Below are positions 1 through 10,118 of a DNA stretch of 64,000 nucleotides, one piece after another; position 1 is the stretch's first letter; every line of letters begins with the position of its first letter. The DNA is taken from IMG/VR virus record IMGVR_UViG_3300045988_151684, positions 39,994-103,993 of that record; one strand, given 5' to 3'. The notes below the pieces were generated by a model. That model was not told the DNA's origin, did not search any database, and saw only the letters and a list, made by a program, of their open reading frames with translations. This DNA comes from a virus. The position numbers and the translations under genes are program-made.

Positions 1-746
1 GAATGTGTCAATATTTTCCAAGCCGTCGTTGACGTTATTGATAGTTTCTTGTCTGTTATTGATGTTGTTTTTACCATAAAATCATAATAATAATCCAAAA
101 TATTACCACTTATTCTATCTTTAGGTAACATTGAACCAAACATCAAATCCATACTTATATTATCATTAATTGTATTTTCTTGTATGCTAATTGCTGCATT
201 TATTAACCGCATTCCTTTTGGCTGAACAACTTGACCATTTTGCCACGATATATTTTTTAATGCCTGTGCTAAAGTATCAAATTTTATTTCAATCGAACCA
301 TTTTGAATTACTTTCGTTGAAAAATTCCACTTTGTCAAATATCCTTGCTTACGAAATGTATCCGATGATAAACTTATATGTTTGTATACATAACGTTTTA
401 AATCAAAATCACTAACTATGCTTATATATTGTGCTAAATCTCTTTGAACATCATATGAAATAGTCATTGTCTTATCTATAATTCGTTTTGCAATGCTATT
501 ATTTATTTCAAAATTACTAATATAACGTTTTATATCATATTGAACAGCTATTGCTGTTCCAATAGATAAGTCTCGTTTAGTTGCATAATAAGCCTGCAAC
601 GACTTTTCAACATTACGTTGTATATAATAATTTTCATCTATAGTTATAGCGTTGTCTGCAATTATATACGCATATAACGATATTGATGATATATCCGCTT
701 TTTGTTTTCTACAATTTGCATAACTAATGAACGACAGATTCGCCAT
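1..746 (-). CDS. Partial distal tail / receptor-binding-region protein running off the left edge. ATG at 746 is coupled to the upstream stop, but the frame started there closes near 550 while a -1-shifted frame is open from about 606 to position 1, so there is a frameshift or sequencing error.
   Basis: Manual minus-strand translation. Very AT-rich. Sits downstream of the tail genes. ORF track shows no complete ORF here, which is consistent with an edge-truncated gene. Confidence 0.3.
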   Translation of the reverse strand, partial: MANLSFISYANCRKQKADISSISLYAYIIADNAITIDENYYIQRNVEKSLQAYYATKRDLSIGTAIAVQYDIKRYISNFEINNSIAKRIIDKTMTISYDVQRDLAQYISIVSDFDLKRYVYKHISLSSDTFRKQGYLTKWNFSTKVIQNGSIEIKFDTLAQALKNISWQNGQVVQPKGMRLINAAISIQENTINDNISMDLMFGSMLPKDRISGNILDYYYDFMVKTTSITDKKLSITSTTAWKILTH

Positions 747-747
747 A

Positions 748-1572
748 TTAACTTCCCTCGCTCGTTATAACAATTTTTTCTTTATCTATAGCTGTAAATA
801 CAGTTTGCTTTTCAGTTGTTAATCCAATTTTTTTTGATATTTCATTGGCTTGAACCGTTAAGCCGGTTACATCACCACCACCAGCAACATTAAATATTGC
901 TTGTAAACAATCAATATTGTACCCCTTTAGTTCATCAATATTCTCTGGTGCTGCCAACATTATTTTTTTATTAATATTATCTGTTTCATAGCTGCTATCA
1001 TCTTTTAAAATCCAGTCAGTAGTTATTGTTGGCTTTATTTTTACAATTTTATCATTAAAGTCAATTTTACTATCTGAAATTATAATCATTTTAAAATCAT
1101 ATCTATATTTACTATATGGATCACATATTAATAGTTTTGTAATTGATTCATCAGCTAGATAATTACCATTCAATGATACTACCGGTGAATCATCTCCTGC
1201 TTGTTTTATGACAAAAACACCATCTGTACCACTTTTTATATGAATAATAATATCAAGATTTTTTGTATTTAAAACAAATGGTTCAGAACTGATTTTATCA
1301 TCGGTTTTTATCACCCAATTTAAAGAATTTGCATTACACGATATTATTATTTGATGATTAGCGGACTGAAACGATATTATGTCTGTATCAAAACCACCAG
1401 TATAATATTCTGCTTTAACTCTCACCCAATATTCTTTTTTATTTTCACTAACCAGGTCCAAAACAGGCGCATTAACCAACTTATATGGCAATGCTAATGA
1501 GTTGGTTCTTTCAAAAACATCTGTATAATCATCAAAAAAATATTTACTATTTATCGTAAATTTTTTAAACAT
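748..1572 (-). CDS. phage tail-associated protein (hypothetical)
   Basis: 274-aa ORF in the tail module downstream of the tape measure; no recognisable motif. Confidence 0.45.
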   Translation of the reverse strand: MFKKFTINSKYFFDDYTDVFERTNSLALPYKLVNAPVLDLVSENKKEYWVRVKAEYYTGGFDTDIISFQSANHQIIISCNANSLNWVIKTDDKISSEPFVLNTKNLDIIIHIKSGTDGVFVIKQAGDDSPVVSLNGNYLADESITKLLICDPYSKYRYDFKMIIISDSKIDFNDKIVKIKPTITTDWILKDDSSYETDNINKKIMLAAPENIDELKGYNIDCLQAIFNVAGGGDVTGLTVQANEISKKIGLTTEKQTVFTAIDKEKIVITSEGS

Positions 1573-1589
1573 AAATTATCCTCATTCAC

Positions 1590-2000
1590 TTATACAGCCT
1601 TGATTTTTGTTGTTATTCTAATATTAGTTGAACTATCAATGACTGGATCTTCATCAGCTGTTGATAGTGCTTTAATATATAATATTTTATTGGTTTCATT
1701 TATTGAATCTCTAATGATTAATGAACTTTCAAACGAACTGTTTTCACTAGCAGATATTACCCATTTATTACTATTACTACCAACAAAAGTTATAGCTGTA
1801 TTGCCTGTAGTAATAAACCCTGGTTCACACCGTACTGCTACTTTAACTGTCTTGCTTTCATTATTGGCAGCATCAAGTGTAATTTCTAATGGTGATGTTT
1901 CTGTATTATCTGTAGATATTGGTATTCCGTCACTTCCGCCCTCTGTTACATCTCCCATGTATAAATTAATATATTTATTAGACATTTTATTCATCCTCAT
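1590..2000 (-). CDS. tail-module protein, tandem paralog 1
   Basis: 136 aa. N-terminus NKYINLYMGDVTEGGSDGIPIS resembles the neighbouring 136-aa ORF. Confidence 0.45.
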   Translation of the reverse strand: MRMNKMSNKYINLYMGDVTEGGSDGIPISTDNTETSPLEITLDAANNESKTVKVAVRCEPGFITTGNTAITFVGSNSNKWVISASENSSFESSLIIRDSINETNKILYIKALSTADEDPVIDSSTNIRITTKIKAV

Positions 2001-2407
2001 TCATTTACTAAAATCATTGCCTTTAACTGCAAAACAACTGACCTATCATTTTTAGGCAATGCTGCATCTGATTTCACTTTAACAAAAAAAATTGTATTCG
2101 TAGTATTTATTTCATCTTCAAATATCAAGCTCTTTTTAAATTCATCTGTTTCATTTTTAGCAAACAACCAATTAGTTTTATCATCATTGACAGCAGTTAT
2201 AACTGCTCCTGGTGCTGCCTTCCACCTGTTTTCACATCTTAATCCCAGTTTTATATTTTTGCTTTCAAATTCACCTACATCCAAAACAACTTCCACTGGA
2301 TTACTTTGTTCACCATTAAGACTAACTAATACTCCATCTAATGCGCCTTCTGTTGGATTGTTTTTATATAAGTTTATATATTGATTAGCTGCCATTATAT
2401 TCTCCAA
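1997..2407 (-). CDS. tail-module protein, tandem paralog 2
   Basis: 136 aa. N-terminus NQYINLYKNNPTEGALDGVLVS is paralogous to 1590..2000 and overlaps it by 4 nt. Confidence 0.45.
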   Translation of the reverse strand: MENIMAANQYINLYKNNPTEGALDGVLVSLNGEQSNPVEVVLDVGEFESKNIKLGLRCENRWKAAPGAVITAVNDDKTNWLFAKNETDEFKKSLIFEDEINTTNTIFFVKVKSDAALPKNDRSVVLQLKAMILVNE

Positions 2408-2751
2408 ATTTCCAATGCTGCTTTTACTGCCTGCTTAGCATAATATTCTACATATTGCCAGTTTTTTATCACTATACGGCAATTTGATATTTTTTTCCCA
2501 CTTTCATCAGTTACAGTAACTAACGTCCTTGACTCCCATAATTGATAAATTTTGCTAAAATCTTCACTTCTAAAAGTCGTTGAAACTGTAATTTTATCCC
2601 CTGCTGTATTGTGACCAAAATCTTGTACTACCGTTCCATCAATCACATCAATTCTAGTTTGCCGATCATCTGGTGTTATTTGCCATGATTCAGCTTTTCC
2701 AAGTGATGATATATCATTTATTTGTAAAACTGCCAAAATACTCACCTTCAT
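2395..2751 (-). CDS. tail protein (hypothetical), immediately downstream of the tape measure
   Basis: 118-aa ORF in a tightly packed operon. Confidence 0.4.
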   Translation of the reverse strand: MKVSILAVLQINDISSLGKAESWQITPDDRQTRIDVIDGTVVQDFGHNTAGDKITVSTTFRSEDFSKIYQLWESRTLVTVTDESGKKISNCRIVIKNWQYVEYYAKQAVKAALEIWRI

Positions 2752-2752
2752 T

Positions 2753-5629
2753 CTAATAACTTAAACCTACATCAGCATCACCTAATGCTTTAGCTACTAT
2801 TTCCGCTCCAGCTTCCGCTACTTTATTTTCAGCATCTTCCAAACCGCTTACTAGTATATGCATCTGAATTTTTTTAGTAGCTTCTGGATAATTATTAATT
2901 TGTCTTGCGCTAGGATTATAATTTAGTTTACTAGAATTATTTTCTAATGTGCCAACTATTTTAGTCAGGCTATCAGTAACCCTAGTAATATCATCACTGC
3001 TAAACATTGCATTAGCCTGTTGCTGCGTCCATAAAGGATAATCCTGCCAATTTGCCGTCCCGCTTGGCTGACTATAATTATAATAATCTGTCTGCGTTCC
3101 TTTAATCACTGATACAGCCGCTTCCCCAGTTATCATACCTGCCATTTTAAATGCATCAACTGCCTCAGTATTAATACCGGCCAATACATCCCCTGGCAAT
3201 TGGTAACTGCTTTGCGTTCCGCCCACTACTTCAACCATCGCTGCTTTTACCCCTCTATAGGTCGCATCTGACAAAATAGGAACTAAATTATTATTAGCTA
3301 TCTGCATTGCTTGCTGAAATTGTGCTATTTCAGCAGGTGAGGTAAATGACATATTAGCAATTCCTTTGTCTTTTCGCATTTGTTCAGCAATCTGTTGTGC
3401 AGCTCCATTAATATCCGCTCCTCCAGCCATTGCATTTCTAAATATTTCTAAATATTTTTTCTGTGATGTAAACATTTCTTGTGCTGATTGCTGTTGTAAT
3501 TGTTTTTTAGATTCTTCTGCCCACTTAGTTGCTTTTACTTCATCTAATCCTTTTTGAATCCAAGCTTGTTTTTCCCGATTAATTTCTGATAATCTTTTTT
3601 GATAATTATTTCCCCAAATAGAATCTATCTGACCAGCAACTTGCGCATCCCAATCAGAACGTATTTTAGATTTTCTTGCCTGCGCCCATTTGTTGGCTTC
3701 ATCTGAACTTGCACCACGCTTAATATAATCTTTAGCTTGCAAATCTACATCATCAAGCTGATTTTGTAAGTCTGTCTTAAAAGCTTGTGCCATTGGAGCA
3801 GTTACATTCCTAAACTTATCCTCTGCTATACGTGTTGATTTAGCATTGATAAAATCATTTATTAAATCATCAGGAACACCATTTGCTTTAGCCTTTTCAG
3901 CTTCCACATACATAGCATGTGTGGCACTGTCAATATCATTATGGGTTAGCGTATAAATGGTTTCTGCCAGCTGTCCGGCAGCAGTTGCCCGCCATTTCAT
4001 GGCGTCAGCAGCCTTTAATTGAGCGCTGGCGTTTTTATTTGCCGTTTCTGCATTCTTTTTATCTGCATTTTCCGCTTTCATGCTTGAATTAACAACGCGG
4101 TTCCAAGCTTCTTCAATAAATGGCGTATTTTTATTTATTATATTGGCATATTTCGTAAATCCTTCCGTGCTAGGTGCATCTATGCCCTTATGTAAGGCTT
4201 TTTGAAAAACATTCCCTATGCTGCTATAGTCTTTGCCTTTTTGTATATCATCATAAACGCCTTGTTGCATCCTATAGGCATCATAATCTTTTTTTATTAG
4301 CGAGCCTCCCAAATAGGCACTAATTGGATTAGACATCATAGCTATGGTATTCAATTTGCCTTTATTGTTCCAGGAATATTCTAATTCTTTGAGCACTTGA
4401 CCAGACTTTAAGCCTATAACCCCAATTACTTTAGCAACTGCCTCTATAGCTGTTGCCCAGCCTTCAATAGAGTCTTTTACATCATCCTTGTTATCCTTAA
4501 TAATGCTAACAAATGTTTTCATCCCGTCGGTTACTTCTGGCATTATTGCTTGCGCTATTGGTATCATTGCTGCACCAAAAGCTGTTTTAAGCTGTCCAGC
4601 TTCCGCATTCATGGTTCTCCATTCAATTGATAATTTATGTGCTTCAACTGGATCAAGCAAACCGGTAGTCTTAACATTATTCGCTATCTGCATATTAGTT
4701 TTATAATCTTCTAACAACGGAATCAGCTCTGCACCACGACGCCCTAATATTTGCGCTTGAAATTCTTCCAGCTTCCCGGCTTCGGCTGCTCTTTGATATC
4801 CTGCGGCTAATTCATCTAGCTGACGATTTAACGGCAATAAATTACCTGCTGAATCCTTTAGATTTATACCAAATGACAGTAAAGCTAAACTTGTGCTATT
4901 AAGTCCTTTATTTGAACTCAACACTTGTTTATCCAGATTGGAAAAAAAAGGAATAACTGCTTGTATATTAACTCCACTGATAGAAAACACTCTATTCAAA
5001 CTGGCAGCTTCTCCAGTAGTAAGATGAAGTCTATTGGATAATTTATACAGGTTTTCTCCAGCCTGCATTGCATCTTGCGTTATATTGAATAATCCTGCTC
5101 CAGTAGTAGCTATCGCCATAAAAGCCGCTAATTTACCACTTAAAAGTCCAAAACTTCCTGTTAATTTATCCAAGCCTGAACTAGCACCATTTGCCATTTT
5201 TGATATTCCTGATTGGTTAACTTTATTTTGTTCAACTTGAACCATTTTTAGCGCATTTTTTAACTTTTCTAATTGTGTTGCCTGTTGAAGATAATTATTT
5301 TGAGCCCTATATGTTACTTTAGATTTTCCACCGAATTGTTCATTGGCTGCTTTATACGCCTGTGCTAAAATGTCAACCTTTCGTTTTTGAATTTCAATTT
5401 GCTGTGTTAATGACTGCTCTTTTATTTTTAGCTTGTCAACATCATTCCCAGCTTCCCCAAGCTTTGCCGCATCAAAGCTAGCTTTTAGCTTGATAGTTTT
5501 TGCTTCCGCATTTAGTTTTTGAATCTCAGCATTTATTGAATTTTTCGCAGCATTAAAACCGCCCGCTAAATCATCAATATTAAGTCCCAATGATAAATAT
5601 AATTTTGATACTTCCGTTCCTGCTGCCAT
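2753..5629 (-). CDS. phage tail tape measure protein
   Basis: 958 aa, highly alpha-helical, A/Q/K-rich coiled-coil composition. Position is after the major tail protein and chaperone. Confidence 0.8.
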   Translation of the reverse strand: MAAGTEVSKLYLSLGLNIDDLAGGFNAAKNSINAEIQKLNAEAKTIKLKASFDAAKLGEAGNDVDKLKIKEQSLTQQIEIQKRKVDILAQAYKAANEQFGGKSKVTYRAQNNYLQQATQLEKLKNALKMVQVEQNKVNQSGISKMANGASSGLDKLTGSFGLLSGKLAAFMAIATTGAGLFNITQDAMQAGENLYKLSNRLHLTTGEAASLNRVFSISGVNIQAVIPFFSNLDKQVLSSNKGLNSTSLALLSFGINLKDSAGNLLPLNRQLDELAAGYQRAAEAGKLEEFQAQILGRRGAELIPLLEDYKTNMQIANNVKTTGLLDPVEAHKLSIEWRTMNAEAGQLKTAFGAAMIPIAQAIMPEVTDGMKTFVSIIKDNKDDVKDSIEGWATAIEAVAKVIGVIGLKSGQVLKELEYSWNNKGKLNTIAMMSNPISAYLGGSLIKKDYDAYRMQQGVYDDIQKGKDYSSIGNVFQKALHKGIDAPSTEGFTKYANIINKNTPFIEEAWNRVVNSSMKAENADKKNAETANKNASAQLKAADAMKWRATAAGQLAETIYTLTHNDIDSATHAMYVEAEKAKANGVPDDLINDFINAKSTRIAEDKFRNVTAPMAQAFKTDLQNQLDDVDLQAKDYIKRGASSDEANKWAQARKSKIRSDWDAQVAGQIDSIWGNNYQKRLSEINREKQAWIQKGLDEVKATKWAEESKKQLQQQSAQEMFTSQKKYLEIFRNAMAGGADINGAAQQIAEQMRKDKGIANMSFTSPAEIAQFQQAMQIANNNLVPILSDATYRGVKAAMVEVVGGTQSSYQLPGDVLAGINTEAVDAFKMAGMITGEAAVSVIKGTQTDYYNYSQPSGTANWQDYPLWTQQQANAMFSSDDITRVTDSLTKIVGTLENNSSKLNYNPSARQINNYPEATKKIQMHILVSGLEDAENKVAEAGAEIVAKALGDADVGLSY

Positions 5630-5640
5630 TATTTTCTCCT

Positions 5641-6125
5641 TTATATAGGCAAAACATCATCAATAAATGCCTGTGTTGGTTCATTTTCTACTTTATCCAT
5701 CACATATATCATTTCAAACAAATCTTCTAAATCAGTATCATCTATTTGTTTGATAGTCCAATGATATGTCTTAGCTAACTGACAATATAATGAAAGTGCT
5801 GTTTCATGGGCGGTCAGCTTTATTGTTCTGCTGCCGCCGTTTCTACGTTTGGGAGGTTATTTATTTTTTCATAAAAAGTCCGGTATACATATTTGCTTGC
5901 ATCAATATAAGCATTTGCCACATCTTCAAATGACATTTTTTCAATTTCCTTATCTGAAACGTCGTATATCAGCAATATTCCCTGTATTGCTATATTGGCA
6001 GCGTCTTTTATTGAATTTTCACTCTCATATTTTTCATTTAATTTCAAGATTTCACGCCAATCACCAACAGTTATTTTTTTTGCACTATATTCAGTTCCAT
6101 CTATCACAATTTTTGGGATTTCCAT
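5641..6125 (-). CDS. tail assembly chaperone G-T fusion made by a programmed -1 frameshift
   Basis: Slippery heptamer CCCAAAC (minus sense, about 5847-5853) inside the G 3' end, followed 8 nt later by a GGCGGCAGC / GCTGACCGCC stem. The -1 frame stays open for about 60 codons to a TAA at 5641-5643 just before the tape-measure RBS. Confidence 0.45.
5820..6125 (-). CDS. tail assembly chaperone (gpG-like)
   Basis: 101-aa acidic protein between the major tail protein and the tape measure. The -1 frame is open across its 3' end. Confidence 0.55.
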   Translation of the reverse strand: MEIPKIVIDGTEYSAKKITVGDWREILKLNEKYESENSIKDAANIAIQGILLIYDVSDKEIEKMSFEDVANAYIDASKYVYRTFYEKINNLPNVETAAAEQ

Positions 6126-6182
6126 AAACGTTATCCTTTCTATGTAGAAAAAACAGACGGTAATTAACCGCCTGCTATATTA

Positions 6183-6767
6183 TCAGGCTGTTGCAAACCA
6201 ATCCGTTTTAGTCTGCTCAATATAGCCTTCTGCTTCTTCATCTGCCTGCATAACCGCTACATGATCACTGTTTCTATACACAGCTGTAGCTGTCATTTGT
6301 GGCGTATTGTACGAAATATTTTCTTCTTTGGTCTTAGCATCTTCATCCGGCTCAGCAAATTTAACTTTTACAAATTTTATAAATCTTGCTTTGCCATTAG
6401 ACTTATTGGCTTGAAATGCTACTAAAAAATATGGTGCTGCATCAGTAGACTTTATCGTCATTATGCCAGTTTTATCATCGTAATCATGACCGCATAATAA
6501 TGCTCTATATTCTAGTGGTATATTAGCCATATCAACAGTTAACTGATATTTTGATACTACATTGGACGATTCTACAGCTGCATCATCTGCGTATAGCGAT
6601 TCTTCATTTGTTTGCGGTTTAATTTGTACTTCCCGCAATTGCGGAATATGAATCATTTCAGCATACGTAGCTATTCCCTCTGCTGGATCCGTAAGCATTT
6701 CCGCAATATGAAATTGCGAAATACCTATGAACGGAGAATTGGTAATGCCTGATTTTGTTCCTGCCAT
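6183..6767 (-). CDS. phage major tail protein
   Basis: 194 aa. Position and sequence character fit siphovirus major tail proteins. Confidence 0.65.
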   Translation of the reverse strand: MAGTKSGITNSPFIGISQFHIAEMLTDPAEGIATYAEMIHIPQLREVQIKPQTNEESLYADDAAVESSNVVSKYQLTVDMANIPLEYRALLCGHDYDDKTGIMTIKSTDAAPYFLVAFQANKSNGKARFIKFVKVKFAEPDEDAKTKEENISYNTPQMTATAVYRNSDHVAVMQADEEAEGYIEQTKTDWFATA

Positions 6768-7147
6768 TATGCTTCAACTCCAATCTTATAATCAGCCACG
6801 CATAATGCATGGCCATCATCTTCCTTTAACTCATTTACTTGTAAGCGTGAAAATCCTAACTTGACCATTATAGTATTAATTATCTCGTAAAGCTGCCAAT
6901 ATCCCCCAGTATTTCCTGTTACAACATGTATTCTTAATGTTACATAATGCCCTAATTCATAATCATCACCACATATTCCTGGTATATCTGATACAACAGA
7001 ATAAACAATATATGGTATTCGGGCTTCATTGCCTGGCGGAGCTTGTATATGATATATACCTTGACTTCCTTTAGCCAAATTATCCGTAAGCTTTTGGTCT
7101 TTACTTAATGCACTATAAACTTTTGTCAATAATTCTGCTGTTTTCAA
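6767..7147 (-). CDS. tail terminator / tail completion protein (putative)
   Basis: 126 aa, by gene order in the head-tail joining module. Confidence 0.4.
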   Translation of the reverse strand: MKTAELLTKVYSALSKDQKLTDNLAKGSQGIYHIQAPPGNEARIPYIVYSVVSDIPGICGDDYELGHYVTLRIHVVTGNTGGYWQLYEIINTIMVKLGFSRLQVNELKEDDGHALCVADYKIGVEA

Positions 7148-7579
7148 TTATTTGCTTCCTCGTCGTTTTGTAGCATTTTGAACTGCTTGAATAATTGAAT
7201 TTCTTACAGCCTGTTGATGTGCATCAAACGCTGGGTATAAAAACGGTTTATTTATTTTACTAGAAAATTCAACAAATAATCCATACGGCAGTCCTGATGT
7301 GCTACTTTTGGCATTAGCTTCAATATGATATACCGAACCTTCTTTTTTACCAACTGCTTTAATTGAAGCTTTTAAAGCTCCCGCCTCAACATCAGCTCTT
7401 GGTAAGCCGTTATATACTGGAACTCTATTTTTAGCATCCTCAGTAATTGTATTGACGCCCTGTTTTAAAGCTGCTTTAGCAGCTTTAACAACATTTACGC
7501 CAATTTCTTCTAATGCTTTTACTGCCTGAGCAACACCACGTACATCACCACGAGTAAAATCATTATAGCGTTTGGCCAT
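7148..7579 (-). CDS. HK97 gp10-like tail-component / neck protein (putative)
   Basis: 143 aa, by gene order. Confidence 0.4.
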   Translation of the reverse strand: MAKRYNDFTRGDVRGVAQAVKALEEIGVNVVKAAKAALKQGVNTITEDAKNRVPVYNGLPRADVEAGALKASIKAVGKKEGSVYHIEANAKSSTSGLPYGLFVEFSSKINKPFLYPAFDAHQQAVRNSIIQAVQNATKRRGSK

Positions 7580-7994
7580 CTTCCACTAACTCCCTACAAT
7601 CAATGACTAGCCATATATGACGATTCTCGGCATCATATGGCGGTGATACTATTTGTAATTTTTTTGACCGCCAAAATATTATATCGTCCGTTTTAATATT
7701 TTTACGATAACGGATTATTATCCTGTAATATATTTCAGCTGATTTACTTGCCACATCATGACCATCCTTTGCAGCATATGGCAAAATTTTAGCCCAACAA
7801 GTGTAACGCGTTTTCTCTGTACGACTAACGATGTCGCCAATTTCATCACGGCTATAGTCATAATAAAGAACCTTTATTCTCTCTCGTAAATCATCAAAAG
7901 AAGTTCCCTTTATGATACTTCCTTTACTAATCACAATTAATCCTCCGCAAAATTCTGTAACTGCGAAATCATCGAACGTATAAAATATGGCCAT
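7563..7994 (-). CDS. head closure / head-tail adaptor protein (putative)
   Basis: 143 aa, by gene order. Confidence 0.4.
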   Translation of the reverse strand: MAIFYTFDDFAVTEFCGGLIVISKGSIIKGTSFDDLRERIKVLYYDYSRDEIGDIVSRTEKTRYTCWAKILPYAAKDGHDVASKSAEIYYRIIIRYRKNIKTDDIIFWRSKKLQIVSPPYDAENRHIWLVIDCRELVEDGQTL

Positions 7995-8233
7995 TCAGTG
8001 CGACTATCATTATGTGAATCTCTATTAGAATACATTTCCGCTATTAACGCATATAACAACATATTAGCTTCAGGCTCAAATTTATTGTTTTTCATAAGTT
8101 GTTCAAAATTATCTATTGAATTTTTGCAATAACTTTCAGCAGATACTATACATTGTTGCAAAAACGCATCATCATGAGTAATATCATCATCTATGCGCAA
8201 ATAATTTTTTATTCCACTTAAATCAATTGCCAT
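7937..8233 (-). CDS. gp6-like head-tail connector protein (putative)
   Basis: 98 aa, directly downstream of the capsid gene. Confidence 0.45.
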   Translation of the reverse strand: MAIDLSGIKNYLRIDDDITHDDAFLQQCIVSAESYCKNSIDNFEQLMKNNKFEPEANMLLYALIAEMYSNRDSHNDSRTEWPYFIRSMISQLQNFAED

Positions 8234-8250
8234 AATTTCAGTTAACCTTC

Positions 8251-9231
8251 TTATGCAGTCGTAACAGCGTATGCCTTCATTGCATTCACATCATCAGCTA
8301 CTACATCAAAACGTTCAACACAACGTAAGGCTGTCGCATATTTATCAAAAAGAAAATCTTGTGATACCGCTATTTCTATTCCCTGACGTTCAAAAAATGC
8401 TGCATAATCTGCCAACGAACCAACATAGAATGGTATTTTTTTGGCGGTAGTAGCTAATGTATTGTTCGGTAATACAACAATTTCCTTTCCTCTAAAACGA
8501 TATGTATCTGGTGCAGCAACATCCGGCAATAATAAAGGGCGATTCTGACCATCTTCCAATTCTGATAACCACTGAAAACCATCCTGATTAGTGATAATTT
8601 TTGCATTAGCATAATAAGCTGGATCAATATCTACATTTAACGCTTTTACCAAATTTTTATAACCTGTTAGCGCAGTTGATGATAATTTAGCCAACAGCTT
8701 TAATATTTCAGCATTTTCCGTATTTACTGCTTTTCTAGCAAACCGTTTACCAATAATATCTACAATACTTACATCTGCATCCGCTAACAGCTGATTTGAT
8801 ACTGGAATGATATCACCGTAATCTTTGATTTCATACTTCAATTGACCAAAATCAAAATCAGACTGTGTTATACTATTAAGTTCTTCAAAAGCAGTAAGCA
8901 AACCAGATTCATCACCAAGTGTTGGCATTTTCCCTGATAAACTATTTGCATTTTGAACATGTGTAAGCTGCTTTATTGCAGTATATGCTTTTCTGTATTC
9001 TCGTATAGTTGCCAATTGCTCCTCAGGCACCAAATAGCCGCCCTTATTCGGTGTCCCAGCAACCTGTCCCGGCGAACCAATTGTATTAGCTATTTCTTTT
9101 TCATCGTCATTAAGCTTATGCCCTAATACCAGCTTATTAAATACTCGATTTTTTAATTTAACATTATTCACATGCCTTCCATTCACAGGAGCAGCATTTT
9201 TGGTAAAATTGGTCATTGCTGCTGCTTCCAT
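8251..9231 (-). CDS. major capsid protein (HK97 fold)
   Basis: 326 aa, downstream of the prohead protease and portal. Confidence 0.7.
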   Translation of the reverse strand: MEAAAMTNFTKNAAPVNGRHVNNVKLKNRVFNKLVLGHKLNDDEKEIANTIGSPGQVAGTPNKGGYLVPEEQLATIREYRKAYTAIKQLTHVQNANSLSGKMPTLGDESGLLTAFEELNSITQSDFDFGQLKYEIKDYGDIIPVSNQLLADADVSIVDIIGKRFARKAVNTENAEILKLLAKLSSTALTGYKNLVKALNVDIDPAYYANAKIITNQDGFQWLSELEDGQNRPLLLPDVAAPDTYRFRGKEIVVLPNNTLATTAKKIPFYVGSLADYAAFFERQGIEIAVSQDFLFDKYATALRCVERFDVVADDVNAMKAYAVTTA

Positions 9232-9374
9232 AGCTTTTGCTGTATGGTATTTGTTTACTGTCTCTGTTAATTCCGTGCTTAGTTTTGCTGCATCAGAATA
9301 CTTTTAATTCTGTTGCAGTTGTTCTATTTTTCCAGTCAATTCATCTACAACTTTTTTCAATTCATCAGATTTTT

Positions 9375-10118
9375 TCATTTCAACATTGCTCCTTTCGCAA
9401 GTGCCAAAGCTATTTCAGCTTTGTATTTATCATTATTTTTATCTAACATTGTTTTTTTCAATGCCATTTTTTGTTGTTGCACTATTTCATAAGGGATTTT
9501 GGTTTTATTCATATAATTCAAGCCTTTGCCTGCACATGCAGCTACTTGTATTGGTTCAGTTTTATTTATATTGAATATTTTAGACGCTTCGTCACCAGTT
9601 AACCATGTTTCTGACTCTACCATAGAATGTATTTTTTCAGCTGTTATTCCATCTAAAGCGCAATTTATATAAATTTTTTCAAGTCCGTCTTGAATTGTGT
9701 CAAGGATTTCCGCCATTTTTTTCATATCATTAGAATTACCACTACTATATGCGGATGGTTTATGTATCATTAAATATGTGTTGCTTGGCATTTCTCGCTC
9801 ATCTGCTGAAAAAAATATTTGTGTTGCTATACTGCAACACCAGCCTTCAACAATTGCCTTGGTATGACCATCATGATTATGTATCATATTCGCAATTGCT
9901 ACTCCTGCCGGTACACTGCCACCGTCAGAGTTAATATATATCGTTAAATCTTTTCCTTGTAAATCATCCAGTTGTTTACGAATTTTTTCAGGCCATTGAT
10001 ATCCTGTGGTATTGCTATACCATTCTTCTATGCAACCACCATTATCATCATCTATTATATTTCCACTAATAACTATTTCCGCACTATCATTAGTTTGATT
10101 TTGGATTCTTATCCCCAT
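9375..10118 (-). CDS. ClpP-like prohead serine protease
   Basis: ClpP family signature IYINSDGGSV...HTKAIVEGW...MIHKPS, located between the portal and capsid genes. Confidence 0.75.
   Translation of the reverse strand: MGIRIQNQTNDSAEIVISGNIIDDDNGGCIEEWYSNTTGYQWPEKIRKQLDDLQGKDLTIYINSDGGSVPAGVAIANMIHNHDGHTKAIVEGWCCSIATQIFFSADEREMPSNTYLMIHKPSAYSSGNSNDMKKMAEILDTIQDGLEKIYINCALDGITAEKIHSMVESETWLTGDEASKIFNINKTEPIQVAACAGKGLNYMNKTKIPYEIVQQQKMALKKTMLDKNNDKYKAEIALALAKGAMLK

Noticed and set aside
191-415. 74-aa plus-strand ORF with a TTG start
   Set aside because: It is antisense to the minus-strand tail gene region, has no RBS and is hydrophobic low complexity.
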